From Candidatus Bathyarchaeia archaeon (lineage in GTDB: Archaea; Thermoproteota; Bathyarchaeia; Bathyarchaeales; Bathycorpusculaceae): a stretch of 40,986 nucleotides of DNA. The stretch is from contig JBEKKX010000021.1 in assembly GCA_050010515.1 (NCBI GenBank), positions 1 to 40,986 of the forward strand, in the 5' to 3' direction. Below are positions 19,791 to 29,562 of this stretch, piece after piece (within the stretch, counting starts at the first letter, position 1; each line of letters opens with the position of its first letter). The notes below the pieces were generated by a model. It made no database searches. It was given only the letters and a program-made list of their open reading frames with translations, and was not told the origin of the DNA. Position numbers and translations under genes: made by a program.

Positions 19791-20324
19791 CTAGCACATC
19801 TGGCTATGAGATAATGCTGACTGCTCCGTTCTTCCCCACTGCTCACGCCAATATCTCCTTCTTGACCTCCAGAAAAGCATTCGGACCACAAACAACGCCA
19901 GGAAGATCACCAATAAAACGATAAGGAATTCCCCCGGAAAATACCCGCCCCTGAAGGCGACAAAGTAAAAGAGCACAAGCGCAAGGATTATGCCAATCGG
20001 CAGCATAAGAAAAATCCCGACAACGCGATACCAGCTCGGCGGGCCCGCTCTATTCCAGCCGCCACCTCCACTGCTTCCAGATCCCATGTTGGCACGCTGC
20101 TCTTCGATTTGTTTAAGCCGTTCTTCATTCAGATAGTATTTGCCGTTTATTTCTACAAAAATGCCTGATTGACCAAGTCTTCGATGCATGGCTTCTTCAA
20201 AACGTGGCGGCAACCCCAGTTCTTGGATGGTCATGGCTTTTTCTGGGCTTGTAGCTCCTTTTTGTCGGAACTTCTCAATTATCCCCTGTAACAGTCGGCG
20301 CATTCCCTCTCGGTCTCTAAACAT
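19791..20324 (-). CDS. Hypothetical membrane protein (soluble N-domain, two C-terminal TMs)
   Basis: ORF directly downstream of the AbrB gene; Gly linker followed by two hydrophobic helices. Confidence 0.78.
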   Translation of the reverse strand: MFRDREGMRRLLQGIIEKFRQKGATSPEKAMTIQELGLPPRFEEAMHRRLGQSGIFVEINGKYYLNEERLKQIEEQRANMGSGSSGGGGWNRAGPPSWYRVVGIFLMLPIGIILALVLFYFVAFRGGYFPGEFLIVLLVIFLALFVVRMLFWRSRRRYWREQWGRTEQSALSHSQMC

Positions 20325-20342
20325 CTGGCTTCCTCAAGGGCG

Positions 20343-20585
20343 TTATGTTTCTGTTTTTTCTTTTTCTGCGCCTTCAAGTCCCTGCATGATTTTTTCCGCG
20401 AGTTCCCTCATGGCGTCGGCTTTAACCATGGCGATACCGCGGCGGTTTCTGCCAGCCATGACAAAAAGAAGGTCGCCTGGCTTGATGTCAAGTTCCTTGC
20501 GGGCTTCAGCAGGAATCACTACTTGTCCTCTGTCGCCTACTTTTACGGTTCCGTAGAGGCGTGAATCTCGTTTTCTTCCAATCAT
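20343..20585 (-). CDS. AbrB/MazE/SpoVT family DNA-binding protein
   Basis: VKVGDRGQVVIPAEARKELDIKPGD motif. Confidence 0.92.
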   Translation of the reverse strand: MIGRKRDSRLYGTVKVGDRGQVVIPAEARKELDIKPGDLLFVMAGRNRRGIAMVKADAMRELAEKIMQGLEGAEKEKTET

Positions 20586-21099
20586 GCTTACACACTTTTC
20601 CTACATTTCCCACTAATATGAAAGTATATTTAAGTTTTCCCAAATTCACAAATGACTCACAAAACAAAAGCGTGCACCTTGAAGCATGCCCGATTTCTTT
20701 CTAAAAACCTCTTTGAGGAGGCCAAAATAGCGTCTCCTCGATTGTCCAACGGTTGTGCTAACACAAGCATTCTGCACAAAAAAGCCAATATGAAGGCATG
20801 TCAGTGTTTTCTTATCTTTAGCATGAGGTTTTAGATAATAAAAACGTTGTATTTTGTTGTTAAAGTTTGTATCTTTCAAGATCAGCGGAACCGCATTTAG
20901 GGGTAACAAAATAAAATATTTCTCCACAGTTGCTGCAATGAAACTCTTGATTTTTGGTTTTTTCTACCGCTTGAGAACTGCATTTAGGACAGCGTATTTC
21001 AACGTTCGGCGTTTTTCTTCATCTCCGGTTTAGGGTGGAACCATTTTGTTATTAAGGATTACGACAAATCATGGGGTAGGTTATATCAAAGTTTGAGTG

Positions 21100-21432
21100 T
21101 TATTTTTGTGTTACTCTGATTGCTCTTTTCTTTGTATTATTCATTTTGCCTGTTATTTCTTCGAATAGCCCATAGTTTTCTTCCATTAGTTCCGAGAGGA
21201 AGTAGGCAGTAGAGTAGTGGTCTCCAGCGGAGATGATTAATTTGTTTTTCTCTAGAACTGTAAGGTGGTGTCTAATTGTTTTGTAGTTTACTTTGAGGAG
21301 TGAAGCTAATTGGTTTGAGTTTTGCGGGGATTTTTTTAGAGTTTTGATTATTTGGGATCGGGTTTTGCCGCCTTTTGTTCCTATGATTAGCCATCCTAGT
21401 AATTGTCTTATTGGTCGATTGTTGTTTATCAT
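21100..21432 (-). CDS. ArsR-like wHTH regulator, paralog of 5087..5389
   Basis: LLGWLIIGTKGGKTR...NSNQLA...YKTIRHHL...MEENY aligns with 5087..5389. Confidence 0.88.
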   Translation of the reverse strand: MINNNRPIRQLLGWLIIGTKGGKTRSQIIKTLKKSPQNSNQLASLLKVNYKTIRHHLTVLEKNKLIISAGDHYSTAYFLSELMEENYGLFEEITGKMNNTKKRAIRVTQK

Positions 21433-21476
21433 CTGGGTGTTCCTGCGAGTTTTTCCTTGTTTATCTATTGCGCATT

Positions 21477-21497
21477 GCTACTATTTAAGGTAGTAGC
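21477..21497. promoter_or_regulatory. Palindromic operator GCTACTA-N7-TAGTAGC (wHTH promoter)
   Basis: Perfect 7-bp arms, 3 nt downstream of the minus-strand TATA (TTTTAATA). Confidence 0.8.
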
Positions 21498-21619
21498 TGC
21501 TATTAAAAGTAATATCACGCACTTTTTGGATGCGTTTTGTTTACTGGCGAGTTTGGATGGTGTGTTTTAATAGAAGGATAGGTGAGTACTATTCACAATA
21601 GCAACATTTATATCGCTAA

Positions 21620-21640
21620 GCTACTACCAAAGATAGTAGC
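21620..21640. promoter_or_regulatory. Palindromic operator GCTACTA-N7-TAGTAGC (second htrA promoter)
   Basis: Perfect arms just downstream of TTTATAT at 21607-21613. Confidence 0.8.
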
Positions 21641-21667
21641 GCAAACACTTGCAAGGAGACAAAACCA

Positions 21668-22900
21668 ACGGAAAACCCAACCAAAAAACCAAAAAACACC
21701 AAACTTGCCATTTTAATAGCCACCATACTCATCGTAGCCACCCTAACAGCCGGAATAGCTGGATACTACATAGGCCACCCACCCACCTCCACTAACAACA
21801 GTCAACAAAACCAAGCCCCAACCGCCTCATCTACCTCAACCAATTCAGCCACCTCAACCTCTCAAGCCGACGCCGCTTTACTCGACAATGCTTCACTTTC
21901 ACAGATATACCAGCAGGTGGAACCATCAGTAGTAGTCGTCGAAGACTTCCAAACAGCAACTAGCATATTCAACCAGCCCATCTATACACAAGTCCAAGGT
22001 TCAGGATTTACCTATGACCTCAACGGCCAAGACATCATAGTCACAAACTACCATGTAATAGACGGCGGCGTAAACATTACAGTTACCTTCCAAGATGGAA
22101 ACACTTACACCGCCAAAGTGCTAGGCTCAGACCCATACTCAGACCTAGCTGTACTTTCAACTAACGCACCACAAACTGAACTAGTCCCACTAACAATCAC
22201 CAACTCATCAAGTCTACAAGTCGGAGACCCAGTCATAGCAATCGGCAGTCCCTATGGATTGTCAGGGTCGATGACCACAGGCATAATCAGTGCCTTAGGC
22301 AGAACAATCACCGAAGACACTACAAACGGATACGCCATAGCTGATATCATCCAAACAAGCGCTGCCATTAACCCTGGCAACTCAGGCGGACCCCTGCTCA
22401 ACTACCAAGGCCAGGTTATCGGCATAACAACAGCCATAGTTGATAACTCGCAAGGCTTAGGTTTCGCCATACCCTCAGGCACCATACTGAGAGAAGTTCA
22501 AGACTTAGCAACTACTGGTACATACACTCAACACCCGTACTTGGGCATAAGCTCAGTAGACATGACTTATGACATCGCGAAACAAATGGGAGTAACTGTC
22601 ACATACGGAGTCTTAATTCAGCAAGTAACAAGCGGTGGACCTGCAGCCAATGCCGGTCTCAAAGCAGGCACCACACCAGCCACAATAGACGGCAACACCA
22701 TAACCGTAGGCGGCGACATTATAATAGCCATTAATGGCGCAAGAGTCAGAAACGGGGACGACTTATCTTCATACCTGGAAGAGTACACGTTGCCTGGACA
22801 AACTATTAGCCTAACAATTGTACGAAACAACCAAACCATGAACATATCAGTAGTACTGGGCGCACGACCTGCCCCTAGCGGCACTGGAACTGCTTCATAG
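21668..22900 (+). CDS. htrA: Second HtrA/DegP-like protease with PDZ; N-terminus extends upstream of the called 21917 start
   Basis: TNYHVI, DLAVL, INPGNSGGPL, PDZ; frame is open back to 21620 and encodes a TM anchor (KLAILIATILIVATLTAGIAGYYIG); start uncertain (ACG at 21668 or a frameshift). Confidence 0.85.
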   Translation, partial: TENPTKKPKNTKLAILIATILIVATLTAGIAGYYIGHPPTSTNNSQQNQAPTASSTSTNSATSTSQADAALLDNASLSQIYQQVEPSVVVVEDFQTATSIFNQPIYTQVQGSGFTYDLNGQDIIVTNYHVIDGGVNITVTFQDGNTYTAKVLGSDPYSDLAVLSTNAPQTELVPLTITNSSSLQVGDPVIAIGSPYGLSGSMTTGIISALGRTITEDTTNGYAIADIIQTSAAINPGNSGGPLLNYQGQVIGITTAIVDNSQGLGFAIPSGTILREVQDLATTGTYTQHPYLGISSVDMTYDIAKQMGVTVTYGVLIQQVTSGGPAANAGLKAGTTPATIDGNTITVGGDIIIAINGARVRNGDDLSSYLEEYTLPGQTISLTIVRNNQTMNISVVLGARPAPSGTGTAS

Positions 22901-22980
22901 AAATGGCAAGCTTCTACCTTTTGTTTTTTTGGAAAGCAGGTTGGAAAATGCATCGTGTTTTGTTTTCGAAAGCTTAAAGA

Positions 22981-23001
22981 GCTACTATAGATGATAGTAA
23001 T
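22981..23001. promoter_or_regulatory. Third operator copy GCTACTA-N7-TAGTAAT (BlaI-like promoter)
   Basis: Follows TATA-like CTTAAA at 22973-22978 and precedes the ATG at 23015. Confidence 0.72.
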
Positions 23002-23014
23002 GTGGTCGAAAGCT

Positions 23015-23464
23015 ATGACTGAAGAGAAAAAACCAGGATTCTCACAGTACAACATAGAAGGCAAAGCATTAGAAGCTTTTCTAGGTCCACTGGAGTCTAA
23101 CATCATGGAGGCAATATGGGGTTCAAAAAAAACACCCACAACAGTCAGAGAAATCCACGCAGCCCTAAATAAGACCAAGAAAATAGCCTACACAACCGTT
23201 ATGTCTACAATGGACAGACTTTTCGAGAAAGACTTACTAGACAGAAAAATAGAAAAAGGAAGAGGCGGACTCTACTATGTCTACTGGCCTAAACTTGGAA
23301 AACGAAACTTCCAAAAATCAGCTGTCCGTGAGGTTCTTGCGAGCTTGATCGGAAATTTCGGCGAAGCCGTCACCAGCTGCCTAATCGAAGAAACGAACAT
23401 GAGCGAAGAAGAGCGCAAAGCGTTGCAAGAACAACTCAGCAAAATAAAAAGGAATAAAAAATAA
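23015..23464 (+). CDS. BlaI/MecI/CopY family transcriptional repressor
   Basis: LGPLESNIMEAIW...TVREI...AYTTVMSTMDRLFEK; start moved from 22991 because that ATG lies inside the operator. Confidence 0.9.
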   Translation: MTEEKKPGFSQYNIEGKALEAFLGPLESNIMEAIWGSKKTPTTVREIHAALNKTKKIAYTTVMSTMDRLFEKDLLDRKIEKGRGGLYYVYWPKLGKRNFQKSAVREVLASLIGNFGEAVTSCLIEETNMSEEERKALQEQLSKIKRNKK

Positions 23465-23491
23465 TAAGGCAACTCTGAAGAGGCGGTTGAA

Positions 23492-24952
23492 GTGAACTTT
23501 GAAGATGTTCTCGTTCAGGTCTTTCAACCCTACTTTTACTATTCCATTATAGTTTTGGCCATATCGTTTGTTTGCATAAAAATAGTAGTAAAGTGTTGCC
23601 CATTCATGGGCAGTAAAACCAAAAGCCTGATTTACCTAATCCCTATAGTTGCGCCACTTTTTGTCATGTTTTCATTTCCGCCTAAAATTGTGATACAAGC
23701 GGTCTCTTACCATTTAATCGGTTCCTTCAGCATCCCTGCCCCTCAAGGGCCCATACTTTTTAGCCCCTTCCATCTAATACAGCCGCCTTTATCGCAAACA
23801 ATGGTCACGCTCGTGGCACTTTCAACAAATCAGATTCTTTCAATAACAGGAATTATCTGCTTAACCGGCTTAGCATTAGGGGGGATTTACGCTGTCACAA
23901 CTATTGTGATGGGTGATTGGATAGCCTCTAGGCTCCTACATGTAATCAACCTCGACTCAAACGAGTACGGCTGGCTTCAAACAGAAATAGCTAAAATCTC
24001 CAAGAAACTATCCATTTCAACCCCAAAAGTGGCGCTCGTTGAAGACTTGCGTCCCAATGCTTTCACCATGGGAAATGGCCGCAAAACAAAACTTGTCTTC
24101 ACCATAGGGCTTCTAAAAATTTTAGATAAAGAGGAAATATTGGCTGTAGCGTCCCATGAACTTGCCCACGTCAAAAACCACGATTTCTTCTTTAAGACCT
24201 TATCTAACGCCTTAACGGCTGTGTCATTCTTCAACCCTCTGGCATACTTTGCATTCTTCAACAGTCAAAGAGAAAGAGAAATGTTGGCGGACGAAAACGG
24301 AGCAAAACTCCTACAAAAACCCGACAGTTTAGCAAACGCATTAACAAAAATTACCAAGGCTCTACAAAACCTACCAAGTGAAGGCAGATTAATCCGAATT
24401 ACCTCAAACATTTTAGTAACATCACCAATCATTCATAGACCACAAATACTTTCTGGTCATCCGAAAATAAACCTGCGGCTAAAAAACATAAACCAACTAA
24501 CCACGGCAAAGCCAAAACGACTCAAACCCAACAAACTTATAGTTGCAATTTTGCTTACATGCATAATAATCGTAGCTGGCGCCACTACCACTTACGCCTT
24601 AGTCAATCTCCAATCTGGATACGCCACTCCTAAAATAGTACTAACAGCTTCAGCGTACGTTAAAGGTGCTAGCGCTGATTCGATTGGCACCCACATAATA
24701 TTAATTAGCTCCAACCTGACTTTTGACCCAATGCTCGGTCAAATATCCAGTTTGCAAAACCCAAACCCGCAAATTATTTCACCACACAATCCAGCCGAAC
24801 TAAACGAGGTGCCCAACTTTAATCAAAACCAAGCAGAATACATCACGCCTCAAACATCACTAGTCATTCCTGGAACTAACCTGCCCAATCAAATAGCCGT
24901 TATCTATGCATTGACAAACGGAAATGGCACAACTCTAATCATAAAATATTAG
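23492..24952 (+). CDS. Membrane zinc metalloprotease, M48/M56 (HtpX/BlaR1-like)
   Basis: PNAFT, HELAH, EREMLAD, GHP motifs; several TMs; C-terminal extracellular tail. Confidence 0.87.
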   Translation: MNFEDVLVQVFQPYFYYSIIVLAISFVCIKIVVKCCPFMGSKTKSLIYLIPIVAPLFVMFSFPPKIVIQAVSYHLIGSFSIPAPQGPILFSPFHLIQPPLSQTMVTLVALSTNQILSITGIICLTGLALGGIYAVTTIVMGDWIASRLLHVINLDSNEYGWLQTEIAKISKKLSISTPKVALVEDLRPNAFTMGNGRKTKLVFTIGLLKILDKEEILAVASHELAHVKNHDFFFKTLSNALTAVSFFNPLAYFAFFNSQREREMLADENGAKLLQKPDSLANALTKITKALQNLPSEGRLIRITSNILVTSPIIHRPQILSGHPKINLRLKNINQLTTAKPKRLKPNKLIVAILLTCIIIVAGATTTYALVNLQSGYATPKIVLTASAYVKGASADSIGTHIILISSNLTFDPMLGQISSLQNPNPQIISPHNPAELNEVPNFNQNQAEYITPQTSLVIPGTNLPNQIAVIYALTNGNGTTLIIKY

Positions 24953-25219
24953 TCAACTCTTTCAATTTCTCAGCGCTTGCTTACCAGAAGAAATACTCTT
25001 TTTTGAAATAGTTCTCATAGCTAAAAAATACCTACCCTCCCCTAAGTTTGCTACTCAAACCCCAAACAAAATTGAACACTCGTTATAGACATGAAGACTT
25101 CTATTCTCAAATGGGATATGACATCAACCACTATTCAATGGCACCATTATATTTTATGCAAATCCATGTGTGTTGTTTTGTGTAAAAGGTTGCTAACGCG
25201 ATTTTCTCTGTCGCGCGGA

Positions 25220-26434
25220 TTAAGTCGAGATTTCGCGGACAACAGCAACGATGAATTGCCCATGCAGTGTTTTTACCAAGCTACAGTGTAACTTTACGGG
25301 CATTAGGGATTTATCCTTTCGCACGTGAACCATTTCATGACTAATCAGTACTTTTTCAACAATATTTTTTAGAATGGATTCGATTGTGGGCAAATCTTGA
25401 GGCTGCAATAGTGAACGGATATTCATATTGAGGAATTCGTCAAGGCTATAGCCGTATGCTTTTGATGCTGCCTCATTTGCGTATGCAAAGTCACCTTTAG
25501 TATTTACGAGAAATATGGCTTCCCTTGAGTTGTCTAGAATTATTGCTCTTAGTTTAAGCCCTTCCTCCATCTTTTGATGTTCTTGAATTTCTCGGGTAAG
25601 TTCTTCGTTTGCCTTTGCACATTCAGCAGTGCGTTGTGCCACTACCTCCTCGAGCCTGTATCGATATTTGTCTATTTCCGCTTCTATCTCCTTGTTCTTG
25701 GTGATATCCATCGATAAAATCAAGACTCCTCCCGGCACAGGATCGATGTGAAGCTTAAACCAGCCTTTGGATCCATCTGGGAAAGTGAATTCATTATCCA
25801 TTTGGTGTGGAACACGATTTGTCATGCAGTTTCGAAGGTGGCTAAACATTTCTGTTCTGTCAATGCCTGGATAAACCTGCATCATTGTGTAACCTAACAA
25901 TTCTTCTTTGGTTTTGCGCCCCTGTTTAGCTGCTGCCGCATTCACGTATACATAGCGCCAATCATAATCGATAATTTGGCAACCCTCGATCATGGAATCC
26001 AACGAAATCTGAAGTCGGTTCTCCACCTCTTTTAACGCTTTTTCTTTTCGCCTAAGCTTAGTGACATCGTCCCCTGAGCTAAGCATTCCAATAATGTTAC
26101 CTTTTTCATCGCTGACGAGTATGTTATGAAAGCTAAATATTCGCTCTTCTCCTTGTTTGGTAATAACTGAATAATCAGAGTGTACATGGCGAAGAGTCCC
26201 ACTTAGCATATCGTGAAAAAAACGTCTAGCATCTTCCCTTTTTGCTTTTGAAAGAAAGCTGTCAAACCAGTTCTTACCCTTAATCTCATCTCTTGAATAT
26301 CCGAGAATTTCGCATGCCTTTTTGTTTACGTCGGTAACGACTTCGTCGCTGCCGATAGCAATCATAAAGGCGTCTGCACAGTCAAAAAACAATTGCGCAA
26401 AATTATTTTGTGTTTCCAACTTCTTTTCCCTCAA
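25220..26434 (-). CDS. Triple PAS domain protein with no output domain
   Basis: Three PAS repeats (NKKACEILGYS, NAAAA...ELLG, NEAASKAYGYS) and an LEEVVAQRT coiled coil. Confidence 0.87.
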   Translation of the reverse strand: MREKKLETQNNFAQLFFDCADAFMIAIGSDEVVTDVNKKACEILGYSRDEIKGKNWFDSFLSKAKREDARRFFHDMLSGTLRHVHSDYSVITKQGEERIFSFHNILVSDEKGNIIGMLSSGDDVTKLRRKEKALKEVENRLQISLDSMIEGCQIIDYDWRYVYVNAAAAKQGRKTKEELLGYTMMQVYPGIDRTEMFSHLRNCMTNRVPHQMDNEFTFPDGSKGWFKLHIDPVPGGVLILSMDITKNKEIEAEIDKYRYRLEEVVAQRTAECAKANEELTREIQEHQKMEEGLKLRAIILDNSREAIFLVNTKGDFAYANEAASKAYGYSLDEFLNMNIRSLLQPQDLPTIESILKNIVEKVLISHEMVHVRKDKSLMPVKLHCSLVKTLHGQFIVAVVREIST

Positions 26435-28595
26435 CCAGATTATTTTTTGATACTTGCTGTCCGGCAGCAGGCAAGTACATTTGCTGGGTGTACTCTTTCA
26501 TCATTCGGCAAGCGCTGAAAGCGGGGGTGATTGTTTTTATTGCTTCTTTAACGATTTTCATCCATCGATGCGGTATACCCCTGCGGTCTAGGTCATAGTA
26601 GAGAGGCGCGATTTCGTTTTCGAGTAGGTTATAGAGTGATTCGGCATCTCTTTTATCTTCCTCCTCCGGGCTGCCCACCTGAAAATCGCCGATTGCCCAC
26701 CCATTTTTGCCATTGTATGCTTCATCCCACCATCCGTCGCGAACGCTAAGGTTGATTACACCGTTCATTGAAGCTTTCATTCCGCTGGTTCCACATGCTT
26801 CCTGTAGTCGTCTGGGCGTGTTGAGCCAAACATCGACGCCTCGGACGAGTTCTCGCGCTACATTGAGGTCGTAGTCTTCAACAAAGGCAATGCGCCCTTG
26901 AAATCCTCTGTCCAAAACTGCATGATATACCTGCTTGAGAAGCTGTTTTGACTGGTAATCTGCTGGATGGGATTTGCCGGCAAAAATTATCTGCAAAGGT
27001 CTCACCGAATTTGTTATTATGCGTTTTAGCCGTTCAATGTCGGATAAAACTAAGTAGGGTCGTTTGTATTCGGTAAATCGGCGGGCAAAAGCAATAGTTA
27101 AAGCGTATGGGTCTAGTAGTGAACCCATGGCAATCACTTGTTGAGTGGTAACTGCGTCTTGCGTCCAGCGTCGTTGGGCTCTGTCTTGTATGGTATTTAT
27201 CAATCGGGTTTTTAATGTTTGACGCACCTGCCACAATTCTTCGTCAGGTATGTCATCTACGCATTTCCAATATTCTTCGTCATCTTGTTTTTGAAGCCAT
27301 TCAGAACCAAGGTGCTTTTCACAGAGCCCCCTGATTTCTGGCGCTTGCCAACTGGGTAAGTGCACACCGTTAGTTATGGATACAATCGGTACCTGTTCTT
27401 CCTTCTTATCTGGCCAAAGGACCTGCCACATTCTCCGGGTTACTTTGCCGTGTAGTCTGGATACAGCGTTGGATTGACCGGATAGACGAAGCGCAAAGGC
27501 TGTAAGGTTGAATTTTCCAGGACCAAAGCCTTCATACTGTCCCAGCTTCAGGAAAGTTTCTCTATCGATTCCGAGGGGCTCCCAAAGGTTACGTGAGTAG
27601 CGGTCCATTAATTGAAAGCTGAAGATATGATGACCAGCTGAAACTGGGGTGTGAGTGGTGAAGACTGTGCATCTGCGTACGTTTTCGATGGCTGAATTTA
27701 AAGAGGCGCCGTTTGCTCGCTCTAGTCGGAGTCGTTCAAGCATCATGAAAGCCGTGTGGTCTTCGTTAACATGCCACACAACTGGCTCTATATGAAGTTC
27801 GCGCAGTGTACGCACTCCGCAAACGCCTAGAACGATTAGTTGGCGTAGCCGTTCTTCTTGGTCGGCTGTGTACAGGCGCGCTGACAACATTCTATCTTCA
27901 GGACAGTTTTCTTCAACATTAGTATCCATCAGGTATAGGTTAACGCGACCAACACGTACCTGCCACACTTTAACATACAGTTGGCGGTCGGCGAGTTGAA
28001 TCGGAATAAGAGGTCCGCATCTGTAAGGCCAAGCGCAAGGAGAGATAGGTGCATCATTGAAGTTCAGTTGTATGTAGTCTTCTTGTTGGTCTCCTTCGGA
28101 AGATATGCGCTGGCGAAAGTAGCCTTGAGGATACATGAATCCGACAGCGACTAGTGGTATCCCACGGTCCGAGCATTCTTCACATATGTCTCCTGCTAAG
28201 ACGCCCAAGCCGCCTGCATATATAGGTAGGGAATTGTGGATAGCGTACTCAGCTGAGAAATACGCGATTTGCCCATTTGGTTTGCTTGGGTTTGTTTGGC
28301 CACACCAGTCTTGACCTCTTGACATTTCTTCGTCAAACTTTAACATTACTGTGTCGTAGAGTTCTAAAAAAGCTGGATCTCTTGCCGCTGCCTCTAGCTT
28401 TTCTGTGCTGATGCTGCGCAGTTGCTTGACTGGGTTATGTTCGCTGGTTCGCCAAAGGGCATAATCTAAAGAGCGAAAAATCTGTCGTCCTTCCTCATGC
28501 CAGCTCCACCACAAGTTGTTGGCAAGCTCGAATAGTCTGCTGATTCTTGGAGGAAGCTTGGGCGATTCATTTTCTTGATTACTTGCTGAGTTCAT
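26403..28595 (-). CDS. glgP: Alpha-glucan (glycogen/starch) phosphorylase
   Basis: YAGGLGVLAGD, FTTHTP, ARRFTEYKR, EACGTSGMKA (PLP lysine). Confidence 0.95.
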   Translation of the reverse strand: MNSASNQENESPKLPPRISRLFELANNLWWSWHEEGRQIFRSLDYALWRTSEHNPVKQLRSISTEKLEAAARDPAFLELYDTVMLKFDEEMSRGQDWCGQTNPSKPNGQIAYFSAEYAIHNSLPIYAGGLGVLAGDICEECSDRGIPLVAVGFMYPQGYFRQRISSEGDQQEDYIQLNFNDAPISPCAWPYRCGPLIPIQLADRQLYVKVWQVRVGRVNLYLMDTNVEENCPEDRMLSARLYTADQEERLRQLIVLGVCGVRTLRELHIEPVVWHVNEDHTAFMMLERLRLERANGASLNSAIENVRRCTVFTTHTPVSAGHHIFSFQLMDRYSRNLWEPLGIDRETFLKLGQYEGFGPGKFNLTAFALRLSGQSNAVSRLHGKVTRRMWQVLWPDKKEEQVPIVSITNGVHLPSWQAPEIRGLCEKHLGSEWLQKQDDEEYWKCVDDIPDEELWQVRQTLKTRLINTIQDRAQRRWTQDAVTTQQVIAMGSLLDPYALTIAFARRFTEYKRPYLVLSDIERLKRIITNSVRPLQIIFAGKSHPADYQSKQLLKQVYHAVLDRGFQGRIAFVEDYDLNVARELVRGVDVWLNTPRRLQEACGTSGMKASMNGVINLSVRDGWWDEAYNGKNGWAIGDFQVGSPEEEDKRDAESLYNLLENEIAPLYYDLDRRGIPHRWMKIVKEAIKTITPAFSACRMMKEYTQQMYLPAAGQQVSKNNLVEGKEVGNTK

Positions 28596-28934
28596 AAAGT
28601 TAGGACATTCCTCTGCCGTGATATTTTTTTGAGCAAGTCAAACTAGAATAAATTTCAGGCAACTTGTGACGCAAAATGCGCATAACTTAATAGTTTAAGC
28701 GCCAACTTATATACGTTGTACGTGCAGTAACAAAGTTGAAAGTGATGGCACAGCTAAACAAGCAATCGAAGCTCATCTAGTGCCAGACATTGAGAAAGAC
28801 GAGGCGTTATTGATACATTCGGAAGCTGGTCTTTACAAAAATCTTGAGCGGGGTAGGGTATCAATTTTGTTGATGAATTTCACTAGCTAAATTGAAAGAT
28901 ATCAGTGGGAAAGCATTATTATTGCTAAGTTTTT

Positions 28935-28998
28935 GGGGTCTGTCTAAATTTCATTCTTCATCTTTTCCGATCAGACTGGGACGGCGACATCATCCCCC
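28935..28998 (-). ncRNA. Box C/D guide sRNA, predicted to guide 2'-O-methylation of 23S rRNA G2251 (E. coli numbering)
   Basis: Reverse complement: GGGGG-ATGATG(C)-TCGCCGTCCCAGT-CTGA(D')-TCGGAAAAGA-TGAAGA(C')-ATGAAATTTAGA-CAGA(D)-CCCC; terminal stem; D' guide is complementary to the P-loop CUGGGGCGG. Confidence 0.75.
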
Positions 28999-29025
28999 AT
29001 AGATAGAACAACACCCCAGTCAAAT

Positions 29026-29562
29026 ATGAACATTGTCAACGTAATGTTATGGATGAAAAGAAACGCCTATGAAGAATCAACCATTAAGAAAACTGCAAAA
29101 CTGTTAAGACACTTACAGAGAAACTGCAATACAAAAGAACCCGAAGAAGTCAAACTATACATAGCAAATAAAACGTGCGGAAATGGACACAAAGAAAACT
29201 TAGTCGAAGCTTACGCATGTTTCATTAACTCTATAGGTGCAACATGGGTACAGCCCTTTTATCAAAGATACGACAAAAAACGCAGAGCACCAAAAGAAGA
29301 ACTTGTGGATTTCCTAATCAATCACGCAAGAATAGAAATGTCTCTTAAACTATCTATAAGCAAAGATTTAGGACAACGCCCAATAGAACTAACATGGCTA
29401 ACAATCAAAGACATCGATTTAACCACAGGCATAGTCTCAATCACAGGAGCTAAACACACAATTGGCAGAGAAGGAAAACTAAAGACCTCAACATTAGGAC
29501 AATTAAGAGTCTTTGTAGATAGAAAACAACTAAAATTAACTGAGATGAAATATATTGTCTAA
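29026..29562 (+). pseudogene. C-terminally truncated tyrosine recombinase/integrase
   Basis: LGQRPIELTWLTIKDID (catalytic Arg box) and GAK (Lys) present; no HxxR or catalytic Tyr region. Confidence 0.8.
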
